From an uncultured Acidobacteriota bacterium (GTDB lineage: Bacteria > Acidobacteriota > UBA6911): a DNA stretch of 64,000 bases. The translations under genes were made by a program, and so were the position numbers. The notes beneath the pieces are model-generated. The model saw only the letters and a program-made list of their open reading frames with translations. It was not told the DNA's origin and searched no databases. Shown one piece after another: positions 9,901-18,218 of this stretch (positions within the stretch are counted from its first letter, which is position 1; every line of letters begins with the position of its first letter). The DNA lies in the NCBI GenBank assembly GCA_963843575.1, contig CAWJKZ010000017.1:1-64000 (forward strand), read 5' to 3'.

Positions 9901-10050
9901 GACCTGCGCCGGGTGGAGTTGGTGCAGCACCCGTTTCTGCTGGTTTCGGGGATCCTGCAGAACGTCGACCGCGTCGTCTCCGTCAAGGCCAGCGCCGTCG
10001 AACCGCTTCCCCTGGCGACAGCCGCTGCCGCATCGCACGACTTTCACTGA
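6922..10050 (+). CDS. dnaE2: Error-prone DNA polymerase III alpha (DnaE2/ImuC)
   Basis: PHP domain YVELHARSAFSFLEG, QGRGSAANS, PDIDLD, C-terminal SHDFH. Confidence 0.96.
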   Translation: MYVELHARSAFSFLEGASLPEELAGRAAALDMPALALLDRDGVFGAPRFHLAARKAGVRAHIGSEITLADGSRLPLLARNRTGYQNLCRLVTRMKLRAAKGNASATREDLATFSDGLICLTGGSDGPLARSLDEGPEAAAREAEDLSRIFGPENVYLEIQRHFSREEEARTQALAAISGKTGLPLLATNGVRHCRPEQRRILDVLACVRHKKTLETAGRLLAQNSERHLKDPREMARLFPDFPEAVARTAEVSARLEFTLADLGYEFPRYPVPPGESMMSFLRKRTDEGARNRYRPYHARARRQIARELELIEKLRLAGYFLIVWDIVNFCRDHGILVQGRGSAANSAVCYSLGITAVDPVGMDLLFERFLSEERGEWPDIDLDLPSGDQRERAIQYVYQRYGKLGAAMTANVITYRGRSAAREVGKALGFDGSTLNRLCSLVRAWEWHDPKDTAERQFRDTGLDLQDTRIRTFLRLYQSVMELPRHLGQHSGGMVICQGQLDSIVPVEPATMPGRAVVQWDKDDCAAMGILKVDLLGLGMMAVLEDTITLIRNAYGEEVDLAHLPPDDPDVYASLRDADTIGMFQVESRAQMACLPRLQPRVFYDIVVQVAIIRPGPIVGKMVNPYLQRRQGREPPDCLHPSLEPVLRRTLGVPLFQEQLLKMAMICAGFTGGEAEELRRAFGFKRPEARMQDVEVKLRSGMQKNGITGAQQDAIVQSITSFALYGFPESHAASFALLAYASAYLKCHYPAAFTAALLNNQPMGFYHPATIVKDAQRHGLRVKPIDITRSDWGCTVESEQAGKTLRLGLKYVKGLRESAGKAIAAERCRLRFAGIDDLWRRVPGLQKGEVRALAASGALNFIQAGPATPHRRDALWQAERLGRSKGALYERLVESDAGSPLQIMTEEERISADFRVTGLTTGRHPMALRRAEVRRLGAVRAADLKRLPNGVPVRVAGCVIVRQRPGTAKGFVFLSMEDETGIANIIIEPELFDLRRVELVQHPFLLVSGILQNVDRVVSVKASAVEPLPLATAAAASHDFH

Positions 10051-10235
10051 CCGGACTCATCCCGCCCTGCGCTTCCGGGATCGTGCGCCGTGACCTCCCC
10101 GGGTCAAATTTACCGGGGCGGAATTCCGGGATCACGGGCGTGCCTTGGCGGCAAATCCCTTCGGATCCTGCACATATAACCAATACAATGAGTGGGTCAG
10201 AGATTGCGTGTGCCGCGGTATAGGAAGTAGAGCCT

Positions 10236-11216
10236 GTGAAAATACTGATAGCCGACGACGACGACGTGTCCCGCCGCGTGTTGCAGGCCATGCTGGTCCA
10301 GTGGGGTTATGAGGTCGCCATCGCGTGCAACGGGATCGAAGCCTGGCAGTTGCTCCAGGACAGCAACGCGCCGAAGCTGGCGATTCTGGACTGGATGATG
10401 CCGGGAATGGACGGCGTCGACGTCTGCCGCGAGATACGTAAGCGGGAGGACTCGCCCTACATCTACATACTGCTTCTGACCGCCCGGTCGCGCAAGCAGG
10501 ACATGATCGCCGGCCTGCGCGCCGGAGCCGATGATTACGTGACCAAGCCATTCGACGCCCATGAGTTGAAGGTCAGGCTGCGGGCGGGCAGGCGCGTCCT
10601 CGATCTGCAGGCCGAGCTGGTCGCCGCCCGGGAGTCGTTGCGATATCAAGCGACGCACGACAGCCTCACCGGGCTGCTGAACCGCGGCGCCATTCTCGAG
10701 GCGCTGCGGAACGAGCTGGACACCGCCAATCGGCGCGGCCTCCCCATCAGCGTCGTGCTGGCCGACCTGGACCACTTCAAGAAAATCAACGACACCTACG
10801 GTCACATCATCGGCGACGCCGTGCTGCACGAAGCCGCCCGCCGGATGAAAAACTCGGTGCGCGCCTCCGATTCGGTAGGGAGATACGGGGGCGAGGAGTT
10901 CCTCTTCATTCTGCCAGGCTGCAACGGCTCGGAGGCGACCAGCCAGGCGCAGCGCCTGCAGACCTGCATCAACAGCCGCCCCATGGAACTGCCGCGCCTG
11001 ACGATCTCGGTGGCCATGAGCCTCGGAGTCGTCTTCAAGGACGACCCGAAGGTCGAGGACCTCGACTCGCTGATCCAGGCCGCCGATGAAGGGCTCTATC
11101 AGGCCAAGAGTCAGGGCCGGAACCGCCTCGTCCTGAAGACCCCCGACTGGAACGACCCTGCCTACGCCGCCCGTGTCCTCGGCGCCGACGGATCAGAGAC
11201 GGCTCCTGAGGCGTAG
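10236..11216 (+). CDS. Response regulator-diguanylate cyclase (REC-GGDEF)
   Basis: REC domain (ADDD, DWMMP, KPF), HDSLTGL, RASD I-site, GGEEF. Confidence 0.93.
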   Translation: MKILIADDDDVSRRVLQAMLVQWGYEVAIACNGIEAWQLLQDSNAPKLAILDWMMPGMDGVDVCREIRKREDSPYIYILLLTARSRKQDMIAGLRAGADDYVTKPFDAHELKVRLRAGRRVLDLQAELVAARESLRYQATHDSLTGLLNRGAILEALRNELDTANRRGLPISVVLADLDHFKKINDTYGHIIGDAVLHEAARRMKNSVRASDSVGRYGGEEFLFILPGCNGSEATSQAQRLQTCINSRPMELPRLTISVAMSLGVVFKDDPKVEDLDSLIQAADEGLYQAKSQGRNRLVLKTPDWNDPAYAARVLGADGSETAPEA

Positions 11217-11259
11217 TTTGCAGTTGCGTGGTGCGCCGCCGGGAGGTTAGCATCCTTCC

Positions 11260-11565
11260 ATGAGCGCCAACCCCGTCAACATCACCATCCCGTGCCCCTG
11301 CTGCGGTGCCACCCTCACGATCGATGCGCAGCTGCGCAAGGTGGTCGCGCACGAGGCGCCCCCGCAGAAGCGCCACGATGCTCCCGATCTCGAGCACGCC
11401 GGCGACCTCCTCCACCAGCAGAAACTGCGCCGCGAAGCGCTTTTCAAACAGAGTACGGAAGACGAAAAGAGCAAGGCGCAACTGCTCGAAAGGAAGTTCG
11501 AGGAGGCGCTCAAGAAGAGCAAGGACGAACCTATCACCAAGCCTCAGCGCGACATCGATCTGTAG
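11260..11565 (+). CDS. Small conserved hypothetical protein with CPCC motif
   Basis: 101 aa; CPCCG, charged helical C-terminus ending RDIDL. Confidence 0.7.
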   Translation: MSANPVNITIPCPCCGATLTIDAQLRKVVAHEAPPQKRHDAPDLEHAGDLLHQQKLRREALFKQSTEDEKSKAQLLERKFEEALKKSKDEPITKPQRDIDL

Positions 11566-11588
11566 GAACGGAAGCCGGAAGCCGGGGC

Positions 11589-12950
11589 TCAGCGGAAATC
11601 GGTCGAACCGACCATGGGCTGGTATTCGCGCTCGCGCAGTTCGACGTTGAGGCTGCGGGCCAGCCTCCGGCACGCCTCGACGTCCACGGCGGGAACGCCT
11701 ACGACCGTCAACGTCACCCGAGGGACTACCCCCACACACGCCCTCGCGAACTCGATCACCGCGCCGAACGCAGCCTCGCCGAAATCGGGCCGCACGAGCT
11801 TGCGGTAGCTTTCGGGGTCGGGGGCATCGATGCTGATCGAGACTTCATCCACGCACGGAGCCAGTTCGGGAGCGATGTTTCGCCCATGGATGAGGTTGCC
11901 GTGGCCGTTGGTGTTGAGGCGGATCCGGGAGCCCTTACGTTTCAGGGCGCGAGAGATTTCGAGCAGCGCATCGAGGCGCAGCGTGGGCTCGCCGAAGCCG
12001 CAAAAGACGATCTCGGCGTATCTGCCGGGGTCGCCGATGACTTCGAGGTATTCCTGGACGTCGTGCTCGCGCTCCAGCCGCAAGTTGTAGCCGCTGGCGA
12101 TCGGGGACGTTTCGCGGCGGCAGAAGACGCAGTGTGCCGTGCACCGGTTGGTCAGGTTGATGTACAGGCGGTCCCGGATGGGATAGACCAGCACGTCCCC
12201 TTCGGCCCACGCCGGTTCCCCCGTGAGCCGCCGGAAGTTGTGGGCGGCGTTGCGCGCGATGTCGTCGAACTCCACCTCCATGGCTGCGGCGAGCGCACGC
12301 GCCACCGATGCCGTCGCCGAGGGCTCGACGCCCCCTCCGGATTCTACCAGGACCTCGTCCAGGCGCAGCAGGCGCGCCACCTCGCGCAGCCGGCTCGCCG
12401 AATCCGGGCCAGCGAGCCGCGGAGAAAACGACAGCAGGAGCCCGAGGTCCAGGCACGCGCGGGCCTGATCCTCGGTGCCCGTGAAGTCGTGCACAAACCC
12501 GCGGGATCCCTGCTCCTCTTCGAGCACGGCAAAAAAATCGCTCCAGGCTTCCCGGCAATGAAGCACTACGGGAATCCCGGCCGCGTGGGCCAGCTGGAGC
12601 TGCTGCCGGAAAACGTCCCGCTGGGCCGGACGGGACAGGGTGGGGTCACCATAGTCCAACCCGATCTCGCCCCAGAGCAGCACCCCGGGGTGACCCATCG
12701 ATTCGCGGACCCGCTTCAGCAAAGGCGCGGTGGCGAGACCTGCGTCGCACGGGTGCACGCCCACGGCCGCGCGCAGTTCCGGGAATTCCGGCAGAAGTTG
12801 CAGGGTTTTCGAGATCGAATCGTCCGCCGGCTTGGCTCGCGCCACCGTCACGATGAGGCCCACGCCGGCGTCGCGCGCACGGCCGATGAGCTCCGCCCGG
12901 TTGTTGTCGAGCCTGGCCCCGTCCAGATGTGTGTGTGCGTCGATCAGCAT
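11589..12950 (-). CDS. TatD domain fused to TatD-associated radical SAM domain
   Basis: DAHTH, GEIGLDY, VLHCRE; then LYINLTNRCTAHCVFC and VFCGFGEPT. Confidence 0.88.
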   Translation of the reverse strand: MLIDAHTHLDGARLDNNRAELIGRARDAGVGLIVTVARAKPADDSISKTLQLLPEFPELRAAVGVHPCDAGLATAPLLKRVRESMGHPGVLLWGEIGLDYGDPTLSRPAQRDVFRQQLQLAHAAGIPVVLHCREAWSDFFAVLEEEQGSRGFVHDFTGTEDQARACLDLGLLLSFSPRLAGPDSASRLREVARLLRLDEVLVESGGGVEPSATASVARALAAAMEVEFDDIARNAAHNFRRLTGEPAWAEGDVLVYPIRDRLYINLTNRCTAHCVFCRRETSPIASGYNLRLEREHDVQEYLEVIGDPGRYAEIVFCGFGEPTLRLDALLEISRALKRKGSRIRLNTNGHGNLIHGRNIAPELAPCVDEVSISIDAPDPESYRKLVRPDFGEAAFGAVIEFARACVGVVPRVTLTVVGVPAVDVEACRRLARSLNVELREREYQPMVGSTDFR

Positions 12951-13053
12951 CGGTTAATAGTACTATGAACCCCGCGCGGATTGGCCAAAACCGGGCGAAT
13001 CAACCCGCTTCGCCCCGCAGCCGGGGACGGCATCCATAGTGTACAATTGAGCC

Positions 13054-13725
13054 ATGGCAAAACAGCGCAACCAGGCCAAGGCCGACAGCGGGCTGAATGT
13101 GCTTCTTACCGGCGTTGTCTGTCTGGCCGCCGGTCTGGGCATCGGATACTATTTCGGGCGGCAGACGGCCGCGAACTCTCCGGCGGCCCCGGCCGCGGCA
13201 CCGTTCTCCAACACGGCCCCGGCTACGGTCGCGAACCCGGCGGATTTCCGGGATAACGAGGCGAGCCTGAAGTCTGCCGTCGCACGGAATCCCAAAGACC
13301 TCAACTCGCTGGTGCGCCTGGGGAACCTCTACTACGATCACGGCAGCTTCCGCGAGGCCGTGGACTGGTACGGCCGTGCGCTGGAGATCGAACCGAGCGA
13401 CCCGAACGTCCGTACCGACAGGGGTACCAGCTACTGGAACCTCGGCGACGCCGACGCGGCCATCGCTGAATTCAACCGGTCGCTGCAATCGAGCCCCACC
13501 CACGCTCAGACGCTGTACAACCTCGGGGTCGTCTACCTGCACGGCAAGAACGACGCGGCCCGGGCCCGCGAGACTTGGGAAAAACTCCTCGCCACGAACC
13601 CAGGGTACCCCGACAGGGCAAAGCTCCAGCAGCAGCTTGCCCAGCTTTCGCCGACGCCTGCGAGCTCGACTCCGGCCCCCTCCCAGGGAGTCCGGAATCT
13701 GCTTGAGCAGCTCAAAAAACCCTAG
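13054..13725 (+). CDS. Membrane-anchored TPR protein
   Basis: N-terminal TM segment, TPR motifs (LGNLYYD, TDRGTSYW, YNLGVVYL). Confidence 0.85.
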   Translation: MAKQRNQAKADSGLNVLLTGVVCLAAGLGIGYYFGRQTAANSPAAPAAAPFSNTAPATVANPADFRDNEASLKSAVARNPKDLNSLVRLGNLYYDHGSFREAVDWYGRALEIEPSDPNVRTDRGTSYWNLGDADAAIAEFNRSLQSSPTHAQTLYNLGVVYLHGKNDAARARETWEKLLATNPGYPDRAKLQQQLAQLSPTPASSTPAPSQGVRNLLEQLKKP

Positions 13726-13820
13726 TTTCAGAGCCTTGTGGACCACCTGCGGCAGATCCGGCTGAGGCCAGGTACGATCGCTCCGGGGCACGAGGTCCCG
13801 GCGTTAACGTCGCCCCGGCT

Positions 13821-13836
13821 GGGCAACTCGATTGCA
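13821..13836 (+). promoter_or_regulatory. Possible sigma-54 promoter
   Basis: GGGCAACTCGATTGCA (GG-N10-GC) upstream of YHS gene. Confidence 0.45.
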
Positions 13837-13861
13837 TGGATTGGGGCACAAGGAGGTTTCC

Positions 13862-14029
13862 ATGGCAACCAGAAACAAAACCGAAACGACTCACCTGGAC
13901 CCCGTGTGTGGGATGGAAGTGCAGGAGGGCGAGTCGGCCGGCAAGTCCACCTTCAACGGCGAGACGTACTATTTCTGCTCCGCCGACTGCAAAACCGAAT
14001 TCGACCAGAGCCCGGAGGAATACATTTGA
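13862..14029 (+). CDS. YHS-domain metal-binding protein
   Basis: DPVCGM...YYFCSADC..F; AGGAGG RBS. Confidence 0.9.
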   Translation: MATRNKTETTHLDPVCGMEVQEGESAGKSTFNGETYYFCSADCKTEFDQSPEEYI

Positions 14030-14036
14030 CGGAAAG

Positions 14037-14077
14037 CGGAGCCGCGGGGTCGCCACTACTGCGGCCCTGCGGCTCCG
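14037..14077. terminator. GC-rich hairpin between convergent genes
   Basis: CGGAGCCGCGGGGTCGC / GCGGCCCTGCGGCTCCG. Confidence 0.55.
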
Positions 14078-15313
14078 TCACCTCAACTCGAGTGTGAACG
14101 TCGTGCCGTGATGCCCGTCGCTTTCGACGCGCAGGACGGCGCCCATCGCCTCGGCCGCCGTCCTGCAGAAAGCCAGGCCCAGCCCGCTGTCGACACGCAA
14201 GCCCGCGTTGCGGAGCGCGGACGCACCAAGGCGGTCGAACAGGAGCGGCTGCAGGGAGAGCGGGACGCCGGGACCGTCGTCGATCACGCTCAGGCGCGTG
14301 GTCGCGGCAGGCGTCCGTTCCACCCGCACTAGGACCTGCGTCCCCTTGGGGGTATGCCTGAGGGAGTTGCGGATGAGGTTGTAGAGAATCCTCCTGAGCA
14401 GCATCTCGTCCGCGCACGCGGTCACCGAGGTCGGGGCTTGGACCGCGAGTTTGTGTCCGTCGAGCGCTGCGACCAGTTGAAACGCCGCGGCGCCTTCCCG
14501 CGCGATTTCCGCGACATTGATCACACTGGCTTCTATGTTCAGCTGTCCGCTCTCGCCCCGGCTGACCTGCAGGACGTTGAGGATCATCTCGACCAGGTCG
14601 TGACAGCGCCGCAGCGCCTCCTCGAGCGCTTCGCGCTCCGGATCGTCCAAGCGCTCGGGCTGGGCGCGCAGGAGCTCCAGGAAGGCGATGATGCCGGCGA
14701 GCGGATTCTGCAGATCGTGGACGATCATATCGGTCAGCTGCTGTTTGGCCGCCTCCAGCTCGCGCAACTCGCTGTTCTGCCGGTCGAGAGCCTCGTTCTT
14801 CTGCTCGAGCCGGTTTTGGGCTTCCAGTATGTACGCGTCCAGGGCCAGACCCATGTCCAGGTAGACGATCTTGGTCAGCGACAGCATCGTCCGGACGTAC
14901 TGCCCCGGGGCGCCGGCGAAGGCGCGTGAGAGGACATCCGAAATGATCTGCAGGTACTTGTTGTATGCGCCCAGGTACCACTCCGGCGCAACGCCGATGC
15001 GTTCGTGTGCCTGGCCCACCCGAAGCCGGTTCTCGAAGTACCTTATGTCGTAGCGTCCAGAGGTCAGCTCGGCGAAGTATTTGGACTGCAATGATTTGAG
15101 GTGTTCGATCTGTCCCGGGGCGGAGATCATGCGGCGCGTGTGCTCGTGGGAGAGGAGGTAGTCGTAGAAACGCTCCGAAATCTCGCCTGCGCAGCTGCTG
15201 AGGTGAGGGTGCGCCTCGAGCAACCGCTGTTCGTCCAGTGGTGTTATCTCGAGGTAGCGCTTGCGCTTCGAGACTTCCTCTTCCGTCAGGGTAAACGATC
15301 CTATGGTGAGCAT
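14078..15313 (-). CDS. Globin-coupled (protoglobin-domain) sensor histidine kinase
   Basis: FYDYL, RVGQAHERIGVAPEWYLGAY; H-box VHDLQNPL; NLIRNSLRH, DDGPG, GLGL. Confidence 0.9.
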   Translation of the reverse strand: MLTIGSFTLTEEEVSKRKRYLEITPLDEQRLLEAHPHLSSCAGEISERFYDYLLSHEHTRRMISAPGQIEHLKSLQSKYFAELTSGRYDIRYFENRLRVGQAHERIGVAPEWYLGAYNKYLQIISDVLSRAFAGAPGQYVRTMLSLTKIVYLDMGLALDAYILEAQNRLEQKNEALDRQNSELRELEAAKQQLTDMIVHDLQNPLAGIIAFLELLRAQPERLDDPEREALEEALRRCHDLVEMILNVLQVSRGESGQLNIEASVINVAEIAREGAAAFQLVAALDGHKLAVQAPTSVTACADEMLLRRILYNLIRNSLRHTPKGTQVLVRVERTPAATTRLSVIDDGPGVPLSLQPLLFDRLGASALRNAGLRVDSGLGLAFCRTAAEAMGAVLRVESDGHHGTTFTLELR

Positions 15314-15469
15314 CTCAACAGCCGGTTGAAGGTTAAGGCACCGTACTCTCGCACCCGATGCACAGGATGGTAGCAGCCGACGGCGGTCGCGGCAACCTGC
15401 AAAGCACCGGAAACAGGGGGGCCCCGTTGTGATAGGATTCAGGCCACCTAAGCGAAAGGAGCAACGGCC

Positions 15470-16114
15470 ATGAAGAGTTTTATGCTAGCACTCGCGCTCG
15501 TAGCCGCCATCATGCCGGTCCGGGCACAGCAGCCCCCTGCCAACAAGCCCGCCCCCGTGCCCGCCCAGTGGGTATCGCTGTTCAATGGGAAGGACCTGTC
15601 CGGCTGGGTTCAGATCGGGAACGAAAAGTGGGTTGTCGAGGACGGGACGATTTACGGCGAAGGGATCACGGAGAAGTACGGGTACCTGTGCACCGACAAG
15701 GATTACAGGGATTTCGAATTCAGCATCCGGTTCAAGTGCGAGGCCGACGGCAACAGCGGCGTGTACCTGCGCACACGCTTCAAGCCGAACACCGTCGACG
15801 TCTCGGAAGGCTACCAGGTTGAGATCGATAGGGTGCTCAACCACCACACCGGCGGCGTTTATGGCGACAATCGCGGGTGGATGGCGTGGCCCGCATCCGA
15901 ATTCGAAACGGTGATCAGGCCCTACGACTGGAACGACATGCTGATCCGGGTGGTTGCGAACCGCACGATCGTGTGGCTGAACAGCATACAGGTCCTCGAC
16001 TTCACCAATCCGGCCCCGAAGTCGACCGAGGGGGTCATTGGCCTTCAATTGCATTCCGGCGGCCAGGGGAAAATGCGGTTCAAGGACATCTTCGTGCGTG
16101 ACTTGTCCAGGTAG
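15470..16114 (+). CDS. DUF1080 (3-keto-disaccharide hydrolase family) secreted protein
   Basis: Signal peptide; LFNGKDLSGW, GNSGVY, GLQLH, FKDI. Confidence 0.9.
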   Translation: MKSFMLALALVAAIMPVRAQQPPANKPAPVPAQWVSLFNGKDLSGWVQIGNEKWVVEDGTIYGEGITEKYGYLCTDKDYRDFEFSIRFKCEADGNSGVYLRTRFKPNTVDVSEGYQVEIDRVLNHHTGGVYGDNRGWMAWPASEFETVIRPYDWNDMLIRVVANRTIVWLNSIQVLDFTNPAPKSTEGVIGLQLHSGGQGKMRFKDIFVRDLSR

Positions 16115-16132
16115 TGCGGGAGCTTCGAGCGT

Positions 16133-16405
16133 TCACCCGATCAGTTTTTCGAGGTAGGCCTTGGATTGCCTGATGTCCTCGATCTGACGCGGGCCGGAGA
16201 TTTCGCGCTCTATCGTGATAGCCCCGGTGTAGTTCAGCGCCTTCAGGCGCTGGATCACCTTGGGGAAATCGACCTTTCCTCTGCCGATGGGCACCTCCTC
16301 CCCGAGTTTCCTCGGATCGGTGGGGAAGAGGCCGTCCTTGGCGTGCACGCCGCGCACGAGCGTGCCGACCACATCGAGCGCATCCACCGGATTGCCGGTG
16401 CCGCG
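16133..16405 (-). pseudogene. C-terminal remnant of sugar phosphate isomerase/epimerase (TIM barrel)
   Basis: GNPVDAL...VHAKDG...EVPIGRGKVDF...GAITIERE; N-terminal part absent. Confidence 0.75.
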
Positions 16406-16894
16406 TCAGTACCGGAGCCGCAACAGGGTCGGTTTCTGTCCGTTGCGCGGAACGAGGACCAAAAGGCTGTCGTATTCGTCGTGCTCGATCGTGATGGGTT
16501 CGAGATAGCCGAAGGCCTTGATGATGTTCGGGATCGTGTCGGAATGCCCGACGACCAGCACGACCTGGTCGGCGTTGTCGGTCCTGATCTTGAGCGCGAG
16601 ACCGGCGATGTCCTGGGCCTGGACGACGACGGGTTTCACGTTCAGGTGCTCGGCCAGGGGCTGGGCAGTCTGGGCGGTGCGCTGGAACTGGGTGACGTAG
16701 ATAGCCGAAACGCCCGCGTCCCCAAGCGTCCGGGCCAGCGTCCTGGCCCGCGCCTCTCCTGTTGCGGAGAGCTTGGTATCCTGCGATTGGTCGGCCCTCT
16801 CCGCGTGCCGCACGACGATGAGGGCTGACTGGGCGTATCCAGGCATGGCCGCCGCCGACAAAAGCAGGGCTGCCAAAAGAAAACGGGCCTTCAT
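16406..16894 (-). CDS. Secreted histidine phosphatase family protein
   Basis: Signal peptide, VRHAE, VGHSDT. Confidence 0.88.
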   Translation of the reverse strand: MKARFLLAALLLSAAAMPGYAQSALIVVRHAERADQSQDTKLSATGEARARTLARTLGDAGVSAIYVTQFQRTAQTAQPLAEHLNVKPVVVQAQDIAGLALKIRTDNADQVVLVVGHSDTIPNIIKAFGYLEPITIEHDEYDSLLVLVPRNGQKPTLLRLRY

Positions 16895-16919
16895 GAGGAA
16901 TTCCTCTTTCGCTTCAGTG

Positions 16920-17594
16920 TCAGGGTTTGGCGCTCTTCCCTTCAGGGGGGTCGGCGGGTGCCGGGCCGACCCGCTCGAACGTGACCTGCTTGATGATCAC
17001 GGGTTTGACCGGCTTGTCGGCTTCCGCCGGGACGTTCGCGATGGACTTCACGACGTCCAGGTCTTGGCATTGCCCAAAGATCGTGTGCTTGTTGTTCAGG
17101 TACGGGGTGGGAACCTCAGTGATGAAGAACTGGCTGCCGTTGGTCGTCGGGCCCGCGTTCGCCATCGCCAGCCTGCCGGGCACATCGAACTTGAGCGACG
17201 GCACGAACTCGTCCTTGAAAGGAAACCCCGGCCCTTCGGGGCTCCCTTCGCCGGTGCCGAGCGGGTCCCCCCCCTGGATCATGAACTTCGGAATCACGCG
17301 GTGAAAGGTCAGTCCGTCATAAAACCGTTTGCCGGTGACGGTCTTTTTCGTCGCGGGGTCCACATAGGACTTCTTCCCGGTTGCCAGCCCCACGATGGTG
17401 CGCACGGTGAGGGGCGCCTCGTTTTCGTACAATCTGCAGTGGATGGTGCCCAGGTTCGTGTACAGGTTCATGTACAGTCCGGGCTCACGGCCGGCGCCGC
17501 CCGCAGCCTGGGATTCGGCCGCCTCTTGCGCGCCGGGCAGCAACAGGGTCAGGATGGCCGCGAGATACGCGGACTTGATCGGTGTCTGGCTCAC
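16920..17594 (-). CDS. Cyclophilin-type peptidyl-prolyl isomerase
   Basis: FHRVIPKFMIQGGDP, LAMANAGP, NGSQFFIT, HTIFGQ. Confidence 0.95.
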   Translation of the reverse strand: MSQTPIKSAYLAAILTLLLPGAQEAAESQAAGGAGREPGLYMNLYTNLGTIHCRLYENEAPLTVRTIVGLATGKKSYVDPATKKTVTGKRFYDGLTFHRVIPKFMIQGGDPLGTGEGSPEGPGFPFKDEFVPSLKFDVPGRLAMANAGPTTNGSQFFITEVPTPYLNNKHTIFGQCQDLDVVKSIANVPAEADKPVKPVIIKQVTFERVGPAPADPPEGKSAKP

Positions 17595-17596
17595 GC

Positions 17597-18094
17597 TCAG
17601 CCTCCGGTTCGATTTTCGGGTTCAGTTGCGGGCATGCAAGCGGCGCCACGTCGCTTCCGCATGTAGATCTCGGTGCCTCCCCGATCGAAATACACCTCGT
17701 CCATGAAGCGCGTGATCATGTAGATGCCGCGTCCATGCGACGAATAGAGGTTTTTCCCGATCACGGGATTGGGCAGTGATTCCGGCGAGAAGCCTGGGCC
17801 GGGATCCCGGACAACGACGAGGATGCCGCGGTCCGGTTCGCACATGACGCTGACCTGGACGGATTTGTTCGCGTCGTGCCTGCAGCCGTGAACGATCGCG
17901 TTGGCGAGCGCCTCACGGAGCGCCGTTTCCACGTTGATCTCGTCTTCCCGGGCGCAGCCCATCTCGCGGACCGACTCGAGGGTGCGGTCGACAACCGGGG
18001 TGATGGCCGAATACTGCGCGGGGAGCGTGACGTCCAGCCGCAGCCGCAGCCGGTCGATCTGAAACTCGCATCGTGGAAGCAAGCCGCCAGCCAT
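17597..18094 (-). CDS. RsbW-like anti-sigma factor (HATPase_c)
   Basis: REALANAIVHG, DPGPGF, GRGIYMI; likely start ATG 18094. Confidence 0.85.
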   Translation of the reverse strand: MAGGLLPRCEFQIDRLRLRLDVTLPAQYSAITPVVDRTLESVREMGCAREDEINVETALREALANAIVHGCRHDANKSVQVSVMCEPDRGILVVVRDPGPGFSPESLPNPVIGKNLYSSHGRGIYMITRFMDEVYFDRGGTEIYMRKRRGAACMPATEPENRTGG

Positions 18095-18151
18095 CAGTAC
18101 GATTCTAGATTGCCTGCCTGCCAAGATCAATGCATTCGGCAGGCAGGCCCA

Positions 18152-18178
18152 GTGGGCCGCGGCGGCTCGACGCGGCCC
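18152..18178 (+). repeat. GTGG-footed REP-like palindrome, family A
   Basis: GTGGGCCGCGGCGGCTCGACGCGGCCC; other copies at 19667, 42449(-), 50712, 50768(-), 59294. Confidence 0.8.
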
Positions 18179-18218
18179 GTGGCTTCTGGCCCATCCCATT
18201 GTCCAGCAGCGCCTTGTT

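Noticed and set aside
16403-16408. Selenocysteine or readthrough at the in-frame TGA
   Set aside because: Not a Cys-equivalent position; the phosphatase ends naturally at LRY and no SECIS is evident
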